Part shown: positions 30,160 through 38,813 of the stretch, in pieces
How the letters are laid out: the number at the start of each line of letters is the position of its first letter
Position numbering within the stretch: the first letter of the stretch is position 1
Source of the DNA: a virus
DNA: 64,000 nt
IMG/VR virus record: IMGVR_UViG_3300027861_000011
Coordinates: 129,839-193,838 of that record
Direction: 5' to 3' (one strand)
Notes under the pieces: generated by a model
Seen by the model: the letters and a program-made list of their open reading frames with translations, nothing else
Told to the model about the DNA's origin: nothing
Databases searched by the model: none
Program-made: the position numbers and the translations under genes

Positions 30160-30738
30160 ATGAAAAATAATAAAATACTTACAGAGTCTGAAAAGAAAGA
30201 AATATTAAACAATAAAGAACAATTAATAATTGAAAGCTTTAGAGAACAATTCAATAAGATTAAGCGAATTAATGAAAACGAACTTAAGGAGGAAGATGGT
30301 GCTAACGCAAAGTACATCTTGGACCAAGTAAAGAATTTTGTTGATGATACTTCAGCTATTGCCTCTGGTTGGTACATTTCAAACGGGATGAAACCAGAGG
30401 AAGATTGGCTAAATCAAATAAACTATACGAAAGGTGAAGTTATGCGTAAGGTTAATTCACAAAGGGGTGATTCTTTAGAAGAAAAATTAAAAGGATTTTT
30501 TGAACAAAGTAAATCACACTTTGGGTTAGAAGAACCACCATATGGTTCTAAATCTTCAGATTTTCGAACGGTAATGAAAAAAATGAGAGATAAAAATGGA
30601 ATTATTAACGCAACTAGAGTAGACGCTCACGAAGCATTTAAAGTGGGTGATAAATACAGTACCCAAGTTTCTAATATAATTTTTAGTGTTTCTGGAATGA
30701 AACCATTTGATTTTATGTCATTAATGTTTAAAGGATGA
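30160..30738 (+). CDS. leader family A protein
   Basis: Leader shared with 18159; TATTTATA at 30136. Confidence 0.7.
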   Translation: MKNNKILTESEKKEILNNKEQLIIESFREQFNKIKRINENELKEEDGANAKYILDQVKNFVDDTSAIASGWYISNGMKPEEDWLNQINYTKGEVMRKVNSQRGDSLEEKLKGFFEQSKSHFGLEEPPYGSKSSDFRTVMKKMRDKNGIINATRVDAHEAFKVGDKYSTQVSNIIFSVSGMKPFDFMSLMFKG

Positions 30739-30790
30739 TAATTGTAATTTTTCGATTTATATAGATATTTATATATAAAACTTATATACT

Positions 30791-31024
30791 ATGAATAAAT
30801 TTATTAAAGACATCTTCACAGAAGATAAAAATGACGGCAAATACTCATCTAAGAAAACAATGGGTATTATTGGTACGATGTTAGCGTTTGGGGCGTTTGT
30901 TGTGGACGGATTCCATTGGTACGAGATTAATATTGATATGTTTAACGCAATGCTAATTTTCTCTGGTACTATGTTAGGCGCATCAATTGTTAAGGCATTT
31001 GGTAAAGGAACACCAAAGGTTTAA
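30791..31024 (+). CDS. holin-like two-TM protein
   Basis: Two hydrophobic helices, basic C-terminus, TATTTATA at 30766. Confidence 0.5.
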   Translation: MNKFIKDIFTEDKNDGKYSSKKTMGIIGTMLAFGAFVVDGFHWYEINIDMFNAMLIFSGTMLGASIVKAFGKGTPKV

Positions 31025-31040
31025 TATTAAATAATTAACT

Positions 31041-31082
31041 AACAAAAAAAAAAAGGTCAACATATGTTGACCTTTTTTTTGT
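31041..31082. terminator. bidirectional terminator
   Basis: A-tract GGTCAAC-ATAT-GTTGACC T-tract between convergent genes. Confidence 0.85.
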
Positions 31083-31148
31083 TTACTTACTAGTCGTTGT
31101 AGTGTTAGTATTAGTTGGCTTTATCTTTTTTTTACATCCACATCCCAT
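31083..31148 (-). CDS. 21-aa microprotein MGCGCKKKIKPTNTNTTTTSK
   Basis: TATTTAT motifs upstream on its strand; ends at bidirectional terminator. Confidence 0.55.
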   Translation of the reverse strand: MGCGCKKKIKPTNTNTTTTSK

Positions 31149-31308
31149 GATTCAAAGTTTTATTTTAATTGTTATCTTATATAAATAAATATAAAAAAAT
31201 ATTAAAATAAACACTTATTAGTTTTTTTTTTTAATATAATTCACTATATTTATATATATGGGTATAGCAATAACAAATAATTATATACCATAACATTAAA
31301 AAAGTAAT

Positions 31309-31581
31309 ATGAAAAAAATAAAAGAATTTTTAAGTCCAGTTAAAGGTGGACATTATGATGGGTTACAATTTGGTAAATGGTTTATGGATATGAGTAGAGC
31401 TGGATTGATATCAATATTCAGTATAATCATGTTAACACTAGGTGAATTTTCACCGATTGAAGAGTGGGACCCAGAGTGGGGTTTTTGGGGCGCTGAAGTA
31501 TTTTTAGGTTTAATCCTAATACTCATTATTTTTAAAACGCTACAACACTGGAGTGATTTAAAAAAACACACAAGTAGGTAA
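31309..31581 (+). CDS. small membrane protein
   Basis: Two hydrophobic helices. Confidence 0.65.
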   Translation: MKKIKEFLSPVKGGHYDGLQFGKWFMDMSRAGLISIFSIIMLTLGEFSPIEEWDPEWGFWGAEVFLGLILILIIFKTLQHWSDLKKHTSR

Positions 31582-31979
31582 TGGTTTGGTTAATATTTAG
31601 TTTTATATTTCTAATACTAGCATCAATATGTAACGCTATAATGGATACGTCAGTACACCATTACGATTCATCAATCTTCACTAATTATAATATGCTTTGG
31701 TGGGATGGTGAGATATCATGGAAGAATAAGTATGTGGATGGTGATACAGAGAAAGGAAGAGTTAAGTGGTTTTTTGGTATTAATAAACCAGTTCAGTTAA
31801 CGGATGCGTTTCATTTCTTTAAGATGTTTATGATTATATTCATTTGTCTTGCTATTGTTTGTGGTGTTTTTGGTGTTATAGAACATCAATGGTACACATT
31901 TTTATCACTATTTATTGGTTACGGAATCACCTGGAATGTAGTTTTCTCAAGGTTTTATGATAAAATTTTAATAAATTAA
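31581..31979 (+). CDS. membrane protein
   Basis: Three hydrophobic segments; TDAFHFFK motif. Confidence 0.65.
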   Translation: MVWLIFSFIFLILASICNAIMDTSVHHYDSSIFTNYNMLWWDGEISWKNKYVDGDTEKGRVKWFFGINKPVQLTDAFHFFKMFMIIFICLAIVCGVFGVIEHQWYTFLSLFIGYGITWNVVFSRFYDKILIN

Positions 31980-31988
31980 TAAAAATAC

Positions 31989-32019
31989 TTGACAATTAAG
32001 TAAAATAGTAGTATATTTA
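31989..32019 (+). promoter_or_regulatory. sigma70-type promoter of the small-RNA/tRNA transcript
   Basis: TTG-N20-TATATTTA; 18-bp identity with tmRNA promoter. Confidence 0.7.
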
Positions 32020-32034
32020 GATATAATTAATTAT

Positions 32035-32087
32035 AAAGAAAGGGTTCAGCAATTCATAGAACTAAAAAGTAAAAAAAACCTTTCTGA
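32035..32087 (+). ncRNA. putative structured RNA motif, copy 2
   Basis: AGAAAGG(32037-43)/CCTTTCT(32079-85) stem, TTCAGCAA, ends TCTGA as in copy 1. Confidence 0.55.
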
Positions 32088-32113
32088 TAGTTATGTTAAA
32101 TTATCTTATACAT

Positions 32114-32163
32114 GGGTCGGTCATCCACCAATGATAGAAAGTTAAGTCTTTCCCGACCCACCA
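32114..32163 (+). ncRNA. 50-nt tRNA-like mini-RNA ending ACCA
   Basis: GGGTCGG/CCGACCC 7-bp stem + ACCA; TCAT/ATGA hairpin; GAAAG/CTTTC T-arm-like hairpin. Confidence 0.7.
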
Positions 32164-32240
32164 GGGGGATTAGCTCAGATGGCTAGAGCGCTTGCCTTGC
32201 ACGTAAGAGGTCAACGGTTCGACTCCGTTATTCTCCACCA
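32164..32240 (+). tRNA. tRNA-Ala(UGC)
   Basis: Full cloverleaf, anticodon TGC, G3:U70, encoded CCA. Confidence 0.97.
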
Positions 32241-32368
32241 TAGTTTTTTGTTGGGGATTTATTAATCTCCGTTTAAATTTTAAAAATCCTTACTTCGGTA
32301 GGGATTTTCTTGTTAAAACTTATTATATATTAAAATTTATATAGTATATTTGTTAAAAATTATAATAT

Positions 32369-32995
32369 ATGAAAAATAGGGTTATAGGTATATCGGGTAA
32401 AATCGGTTCAGGTAAAGACACCTTTGCTGAATTATTAGCTGAACAGTTAAATGGTAAAGTAGAAAGATATGCGTTAGCTGATAAATTAAGATTAATTACT
32501 GAAATAATTAGTGGTATACGTATGACCACAACTCACGAAGTTAATAAACCATTTTGTAATGAGATTCGTAATTACACCCAAGACCAAAAAAATATAGTTA
32601 TTAAAGAGTTTAATAAAACTATTGGTGAAACATTACAATTAGTTGGTACTGATTTATTCAGAGATAATTACGATACCGACATTTGGGTTAAGTCGTTCTT
32701 CAATGAAGAATTAGATGGTAAGTTAAATGATGGTAAAATTATTGTGGTACCAGATGTTAGATTTGTTAATGAAGCTAACTATATTTTACAAGAAGGTGGT
32801 TATTTAATTAGATTAGAAGGTGACCCAATGAGTGTTAGGGAAAATAGTTTACGTGATTTAAACCATATCTCCGAAACTGATTTAGATGATTACACTAATT
32901 TTAGTAAAGTTATCTATAATGATAAAAGAGATATTCAAGTATTAAAAAAAGTTATAAATGATTTAATTATTGAATTATCTTTAGATGCAAGATAG
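32369..32995 (+). CDS. deoxynucleoside monophosphate kinase (T4 gp1-like)
   Basis: GISGKIGSGKDT P-loop, LQLVGTD, DVRFVNE. Confidence 0.88.
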   Translation: MKNRVIGISGKIGSGKDTFAELLAEQLNGKVERYALADKLRLITEIISGIRMTTTHEVNKPFCNEIRNYTQDQKNIVIKEFNKTIGETLQLVGTDLFRDNYDTDIWVKSFFNEELDGKLNDGKIIVVPDVRFVNEANYILQEGGYLIRLEGDPMSVRENSLRDLNHISETDLDDYTNFSKVIYNDKRDIQVLKKVINDLIIELSLDAR

Positions 32996-33056
32996 GGGTT
33001 AGATTGGTGAGTGTATAAAAGAGGGTTTTTTATTTATAGTTAGATATTTATATTAT

Positions 33057-34571
33057 ATGACAAAGAATGATATTAAACATTTTCTTAATGAGGATGTCCA
33101 AAATATATTTGAATCTTCTTACGTTTCAAACGTTTTAGGGATAACTACAACCCTAAATGAAAGTTATGGTGTCTTAGATAAAAGACTAATTATTGAAGAA
33201 CAATTACTATTAGAAGGTTGGTGGGATGACCTTAAAAATTTACCTGGTAAATTAAAAGAAATTTTTAGTGTATTAAAAAAAGTAGTTACAGAACCAAAAT
33301 ATATAAATAAATGGGTTACAGGTATTAAATGGAGTATATTCGATGGGGATAGTGATAAAATTATAAAATTTCTAGAAGAATTATCTAGTTCTTCTGAAAA
33401 TAAATTAAGTGGGTTAGCTAAACAATTATTAAATAAATTAAAAGGTTTTTTCGATAAGATTTTATCAATGTCTGGGTGGAAATTAGGTATTGGCATTACT
33501 GCTCTAGGTTTAATGGTACAATGGTTATGGAAAAAATTTGGTAAGATGATTACTAGTGGTATTAAAAATTTGAATGGTAAAGCAATAAAAGAACTATTAA
33601 CTAGTCTTGGTCAAGAAGCAACAAAATCAATAGGGTCAATGTTAATTTCGTTTAGTGGTATTGGTGCCTTAGTTAATTGGGCTATTAAAGCATTTGGGGG
33701 GGCTAAATTCATAATAGATAAGTTAAGTCCAGCTGTAGATGGATTTAATGACCATGACAATACTATCTACACCAAAAAACATGAAAACGTGAACATAGTT
33801 AAAACATTACTTAAAGAGAACCTTCACGTTGAGAGTTCTCTTAACGAGTTAAAAGACGAATTAGACTTCTCATCTTTTAAGATGAACCCAACACTAAATC
33901 CATATGTGTGGAAAAATGTAGAATTAATTAGGAAACCAATAAAAGATGTTCTTATTAAGATTGCTGATGAATATTGGGAGTCATTGGAATTAGGTTTTCC
34001 TTATAAAGACATTACAATGACTGGTTCATTAGCCAATTTCAATTGGTCTAAGTATTCTGATTTAGATTTACATATTATTTTTGATATGGATGAACTTGGG
34101 GAAGATGCTGAACTAATAAAATCATTATTAGATGTTAGTACTAGAAAATGGAACTATGACCACAATATATCCATAAAAGGATTTGATGTTGAAATATATC
34201 TCCAACCAGAACACATAACTCACTATTCAACTGCCGTTTATTCACTTATTAACGATGAATGGATTGTTGAACCAACAAAACAAACAGTAAGACTTGATAA
34301 GGATAGTATTAGAAAGAAATATAAGACTTATGTTAAGACTGTAGAGGACATTAAGAAATTAGAAAGTAATGAAGAGAAGATTAGTAGACTTGATAAACTA
34401 AAGGATAGGATTAGTAAGATGAGGAAATCTGGTCTTGAAGCTAATGGTGAATTCTCAGTTGAGAACATTGTTTTCAAATTACTTAGAAGAAACGAAATAA
34501 TAGAAACTATTAACGATATACTTACAAAAGCCTATGATGATTCAGTTAGTATTGACGAGAAATACAAATGA
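33057..34571 (+). CDS. leader-bearing two-domain protein: amphipathic N-domain plus Pol-beta-type nucleotidyltransferase
   Basis: TGSLANFNWSKYSDLDLH and DVEIY; TATTTATA at 33045. Confidence 0.75.
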   Translation: MTKNDIKHFLNEDVQNIFESSYVSNVLGITTTLNESYGVLDKRLIIEEQLLLEGWWDDLKNLPGKLKEIFSVLKKVVTEPKYINKWVTGIKWSIFDGDSDKIIKFLEELSSSSENKLSGLAKQLLNKLKGFFDKILSMSGWKLGIGITALGLMVQWLWKKFGKMITSGIKNLNGKAIKELLTSLGQEATKSIGSMLISFSGIGALVNWAIKAFGGAKFIIDKLSPAVDGFNDHDNTIYTKKHENVNIVKTLLKENLHVESSLNELKDELDFSSFKMNPTLNPYVWKNVELIRKPIKDVLIKIADEYWESLELGFPYKDITMTGSLANFNWSKYSDLDLHIIFDMDELGEDAELIKSLLDVSTRKWNYDHNISIKGFDVEIYLQPEHITHYSTAVYSLINDEWIVEPTKQTVRLDKDSIRKKYKTYVKTVEDIKKLESNEEKISRLDKLKDRISKMRKSGLEANGEFSVENIVFKLLRRNEIIETINDILTKAYDDSVSIDEKYK

Positions 34572-34753
34572 AAGAAAGAATAAGAATATTATTAAAAGAA
34601 TCTACTAAAAAAGATAAAATTAAATATCAAATTAGATACGTAGATGGACCATTATTCTATAAAAAGAATAAAGATAAATGGCAGTTTATAACTGCTGAAG
34701 AGTTTATTGATAATGTTTGTGATGGTGAGATAATTAAGTGGGATAAAAAATAA
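34568..34753 (+). CDS. small leader-bearing protein
   Basis: MKERIRILLKES. Confidence 0.6.
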   Translation: MKERIRILLKESTKKDKIKYQIRYVDGPLFYKKNKDKWQFITAEEFIDNVCDGEIIKWDKK

Positions 34754-34759
34754 TACACA

Positions 34760-35218
34760 ATGAAACTAACCAACCTATACGAAGAGATTACGGAAAAATT
34801 ATATTTTAATGAAGCAAGTGATGGTGGTAGAATGATATTTATCCTCATGAATGATAGAACAAGTGTTGGTTATATTAATATTGATTATATACCTAATGGT
34901 TATGATAAGTTTGAAGAGTATATGGGTGAGGATGAGTACTTACATTTATTTAGAGGTGATAGCTTTTACGAAATAGAACATATTGAAGTAGATAAGAAAT
35001 ATGGTAATGAGGGTTATGGTGGTAAGCTTATGGAAAAGGCTATTGAAGCTGTAAGGAGCAAGGGCGGTAAAGCAATATACTTAAACGCCTCACCAATAAA
35101 ACATGAATCTTTAGACTTAGATACACTTATTAATTTTTACGGTAAGTTTGGGTTTAAAATAATACCCGACATTGATGATGGCAATAATGATAATAAGGAA
35201 ATGATGCTTAGGTTATGA
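34760..35218 (+). CDS. GNAT acetyltransferase with leader MKLTNLYEEITE
   Basis: IEVDKKYGNEGYGGKLM motif A; LINFYGKFGF. Confidence 0.8.
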   Translation: MKLTNLYEEITEKLYFNEASDGGRMIFILMNDRTSVGYINIDYIPNGYDKFEEYMGEDEYLHLFRGDSFYEIEHIEVDKKYGNEGYGGKLMEKAIEAVRSKGGKAIYLNASPIKHESLDLDTLINFYGKFGFKIIPDIDDGNNDNKEMMLRL

Positions 35219-36420
35219 ATATAAAGAAATTATTAAAAGAATCGTTAATTAGTGTTTACAACAATGAAGTATTAAATAATAACGCTATTAATGAAGCTGA
35301 TGGTCACGAAGACTCTAAATCTACTTGTGTTACACCACAAGCGTTAGCGGATGACATGACTAAAGAATTGTTAAGGATTAATACTGCGGCTAAAGATAGA
35401 ACTAGTAGAGGTACTAAAGATGTTATATATCACAGGAAACAAATCCAAGCAGTAATAAATAAAGAAGGTGGTCTTGATGTTGATGGATTTAAGAAGTTAA
35501 TCACGACACCACCTAAAGTTATTTTCGACAAGAATCCTAAGATGGAAAAGAGTGATAAGGGTAAATCACAATATACAGTTAACACTGGACTACCAGCAAT
35601 ATCTGGTATTGTATGGGATAAGTCTGATAGTACATTTAAACATGTTAACACTTGCCCTGGTGCTGGCTCTTGTCAATTAGTATGTTATGCTAGAAAAGGT
35701 TTCTACGGAATGAATGATGGTAAAATACTTAAACTAATTAGAAGACTTAATCTATTATGGAACGACACTGAAGAATATTATAATATGATAATGGATGAAT
35801 TAGAACCATTAGCTGTTAAGTTAAAAAGGCAAGGTAGAAGAAGCGGTGAAGTAGACCAGTTAGTTATTAGATGGAATGATGCTGGTGATTTCTTTAGTGA
35901 AGATTATTTTAAAATAGCGCAGAGAGTGACGGCTGACTTATTAGAAGATGGTTATGATGTTAAGTCCTATGCTTATACTAAACAAGCTAAGTTCGTTGAT
36001 TTAGCTAGTGAGAAGTTTATTATGAATTTTTCTAAAGGTTCGGCACCAGCTGAATTAAGAAAGGTGGATATTGATAATGTAAAATACTCCGATATAGTTC
36101 AAAGAGTAGATACTGAAGGTAACCCAATGTTTAAAGATTTATTCGCTAAAGGTGTTGACCCAGAAACTGGTGGTAGAAAGAAATATGATATAAACCCAGA
36201 AACTGGTTTACCTAATTTTATAGATGGTGGTGCTAAAGAACTTAAGATGAGAATATCTAAAGAATACGGTGTACCATTTGAAAGACTCAGATACCAATTC
36301 GAATTACCACCCGAAGAAGGTGAAAAGTTTCAATACGATGTTATAGTACTACCAACTGGTGATACAGACATAGGGGCTCAAAGACATGATGTTCAAAAAA
36401 CATATTTATTAATCCATTAA
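35215..36420 (+). CDS. Gp88-like (radical-SAM-like Cys cluster) protein with leader
   Basis: CPGAGSCQLVCYA, IRWNDAGDF, YAYTK. Confidence 0.65.
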   Translation: MNIKKLLKESLISVYNNEVLNNNAINEADGHEDSKSTCVTPQALADDMTKELLRINTAAKDRTSRGTKDVIYHRKQIQAVINKEGGLDVDGFKKLITTPPKVIFDKNPKMEKSDKGKSQYTVNTGLPAISGIVWDKSDSTFKHVNTCPGAGSCQLVCYARKGFYGMNDGKILKLIRRLNLLWNDTEEYYNMIMDELEPLAVKLKRQGRRSGEVDQLVIRWNDAGDFFSEDYFKIAQRVTADLLEDGYDVKSYAYTKQAKFVDLASEKFIMNFSKGSAPAELRKVDIDNVKYSDIVQRVDTEGNPMFKDLFAKGVDPETGGRKKYDINPETGLPNFIDGGAKELKMRISKEYGVPFERLRYQFELPPEEGEKFQYDVIVLPTGDTDIGAQRHDVQKTYLLIH

Positions 36421-36452
36421 TTTGGATAATTGAAAAAATAGTTATATATTTG
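36421..36452 (+). promoter_or_regulatory. sigma70-type promoter
   Basis: TTTG-N20-TATATTTG. Confidence 0.7.
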
Positions 36453-36456
36453 TAAA

Positions 36457-37635
36457 ATGAAAGATTTTATCAGAAATAAAGTAAGGAAAGGTTTAATCAA
36501 CGAAAATAGAGTTAAAGTGGATATTCCAATCCCAGAAAACATTATAAAGATTAAAGATATCTTTATTAAGAACGGACACAAACTATTTGTCGTTGGTGGT
36601 GCGGTTAGAGACGCTTTATTAGGTAAGACTCCAAAGGATTGGGATTTAGCAACTGATGCATTACCAGACAAGGTAGAATCAATGATGGCAAAAGCTGATT
36701 TAAGAACAATCCCAACTGGAAAAGCTTTTGGTGTAATCAACGTATTCGTTGACGAAGAAGAATTTGAAATCGCAACTTTTAGAACCGATGTGGGTAGCGG
36801 TAGAAGACCAGATTCAGTAGAGTTTACAGATATAGAAACTGACGTTAAAAGGCGTGACCTTACGGTCAATGCACTTTTCTTTGACATAGACACCAAAGAG
36901 GTTGTTGACCTTGTGGGTGGTATTGACGATATTAAGAATGGTGTTATTAGAACTGTTGGTAAACCAGAAGAAAGATTTGGAGAGGATAGACTTAGAATTC
37001 TTAGAGCAATTAGATTTGCTGCTAGATTCGGAAGTGAATTAGAGCCAGATGTAGAAGCTGCCCTTAAGAACGATTCTAGTCTTGAAGGTATATCACCAGA
37101 AAGAATCAGAGATGAATTCCTTAAGGGTCTTAAAACAGCTAAGAGAGTAAGACACTTCTTATCATTAATAGATAAGTTTGGATTATTCGATTGGGTATTC
37201 AGAGGTCTTAATATAGATAAGGACTTCATTGAAGATAAAGACCCAATGGTTGTTATTGCAACACTATTAAAGAGTAATCATTTCACCGATTTACCAAAAG
37301 CACTTAATAAGTTAAAATATAGTGCTGATGAAACTAATATTATTACTTTCTTAGTGTCATTACTTGAATTCAATAAGGTTGGTGCGGATGATGTATCTAG
37401 TTTAGGTGTTAAGTTAAATAAGATGATGAAGAAAACTAAAGTTACTTCAGACCAAATCAGAAACTTCGGTGGTAGAGCTGGTATCATGACTCAAATACTT
37501 GACGCATTAGAACAATTTGAATTAAGCGTTTCTGGACAACAAGTTCAAGATGAAACTGGACTTAAGCCAGGTATCGAACTTGGACAAGAAATACAAAGAA
37601 GAGAAGTAGCTAACTTCAATAGTTTACTTAGTTAG
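36457..37635 (+). CDS. cca: class II tRNA nucleotidyltransferase (CCA-adding type) with leader MKDFIRNKVRKGLINE
   Basis: VGGAVRD, DWDLATD, RRDLTVNA, EDRLR, ERIRDE; GKAFG rather than the PAP GRRF signature. Confidence 0.85.
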   Translation: MKDFIRNKVRKGLINENRVKVDIPIPENIIKIKDIFIKNGHKLFVVGGAVRDALLGKTPKDWDLATDALPDKVESMMAKADLRTIPTGKAFGVINVFVDEEEFEIATFRTDVGSGRRPDSVEFTDIETDVKRRDLTVNALFFDIDTKEVVDLVGGIDDIKNGVIRTVGKPEERFGEDRLRILRAIRFAARFGSELEPDVEAALKNDSSLEGISPERIRDEFLKGLKTAKRVRHFLSLIDKFGLFDWVFRGLNIDKDFIEDKDPMVVIATLLKSNHFTDLPKALNKLKYSADETNIITFLVSLLEFNKVGADDVSSLGVKLNKMMKKTKVTSDQIRNFGGRAGIMTQILDALEQFELSVSGQQVQDETGLKPGIELGQEIQRREVANFNSLLS

Positions 37636-37744
37636 CTTAACCTTAAATTTATTTAACGTATATTTAAAAAACTAACAGACAATAAAAGCACATTTAGGTG
37701 TTTTTTTTGTTTATACTAGATATTTATATATAAATTAATCCATT

Positions 37745-38737
37745 ATGCGAAGGTTTGATAAGAAAAAGAATATAAGTAAAGTTAATTTATTAGCTGAACA
37801 AAGGCACCTCAATAGTAAGGGGTTAATAAAAGAGGGCATAAATGAATTAGATATTGACACATACGCCAAACAACTAGATAATACTGGTGACTATGGCCAA
37901 ACAACATTCTCAAGCAACGAACCAAACAAGTACGATAACCCAAGACAAAAGGGTAATAAACAAAAGAGAGTTAATCGTTTATCAAGAGAAGGTTTTGAAA
38001 AAGAATTTTATAAAGCATACCCAGTAGACGTTACTAAATTAGTTTCTGAGACTGGTACATATTTTTTTAAGAATATTAAGTGGGAATCAAACTACTCAAG
38101 TTATTCATTACAATTTATTAGTGAAAGTGGTGAAAGTCATCTATATATTAAATCGGATACATCTTCACCAAAAGGTTATTATATTGAATTCAATAAGAAA
38201 CCAAACCTTTCTCCAGGTGCTGAAGAATTAATCAGAAAAATGTTTTCACACAATATGAATTACAGAAACAAGTCCTCAGATAGTTTAGTTAAAGAGGAAG
38301 AGTATGATTTCATAAGAGACTTTAAAGCGACACATGGTAGAAATCCAAGTTCATCTGAACTTAGACGTGGTAGTATGGATATAAACAAGGGTATGGAAAA
38401 CCCACTACCAACACCTCAAGACACCCAGGATGTTATTAAACTACCTAATAAAGAACTAATTGCTAAAACAATTAATCAACCATATAGATTTAAATTTGAA
38501 TACTTAAATGATGAAGAGCAACAACTTTATAATGAATTTAAGGAACAAGTTAATATGATAACTAAAGCTTTGATTAAAAACGGGTTGTTTAGTGAAGAAT
38601 CTTATACAGATGGTATGTTAAATTCTTTCAATAAAGGTAAGTTAAAACATAACCAAACTATAAGAAAATTTATTGACCAATTTAAAGAAAAGGTTAACCT
38701 TTTTGTATATAAAGAATATTGGGGTAATTTCTATTAA
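37745..38737 (+). CDS. leader family B protein
   Basis: MRRFDKKKNISKVNLLAEQR...INE; TATTTATA at 37721. Confidence 0.7.
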   Translation: MRRFDKKKNISKVNLLAEQRHLNSKGLIKEGINELDIDTYAKQLDNTGDYGQTTFSSNEPNKYDNPRQKGNKQKRVNRLSREGFEKEFYKAYPVDVTKLVSETGTYFFKNIKWESNYSSYSLQFISESGESHLYIKSDTSSPKGYYIEFNKKPNLSPGAEELIRKMFSHNMNYRNKSSDSLVKEEEYDFIRDFKATHGRNPSSSELRRGSMDINKGMENPLPTPQDTQDVIKLPNKELIAKTINQPYRFKFEYLNDEEQQLYNEFKEQVNMITKALIKNGLFSEESYTDGMLNSFNKGKLKHNQTIRKFIDQFKEKVNLFVYKEYWGNFY

Positions 38738-38813
38738 TATATAAAATACGATAAGAACGAATTAATAAAAATAAGTAATACTCCGAATATTGTTGGAGGT
38801 AAAAAAATAAGTT

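Noticed and set aside
32114-32163. Calling the mini-RNA a real tRNA (loop CCACCA)
   Set aside because: No D-arm, 6-nt loops and 4-bp stem; cannot be assigned an anticodon.
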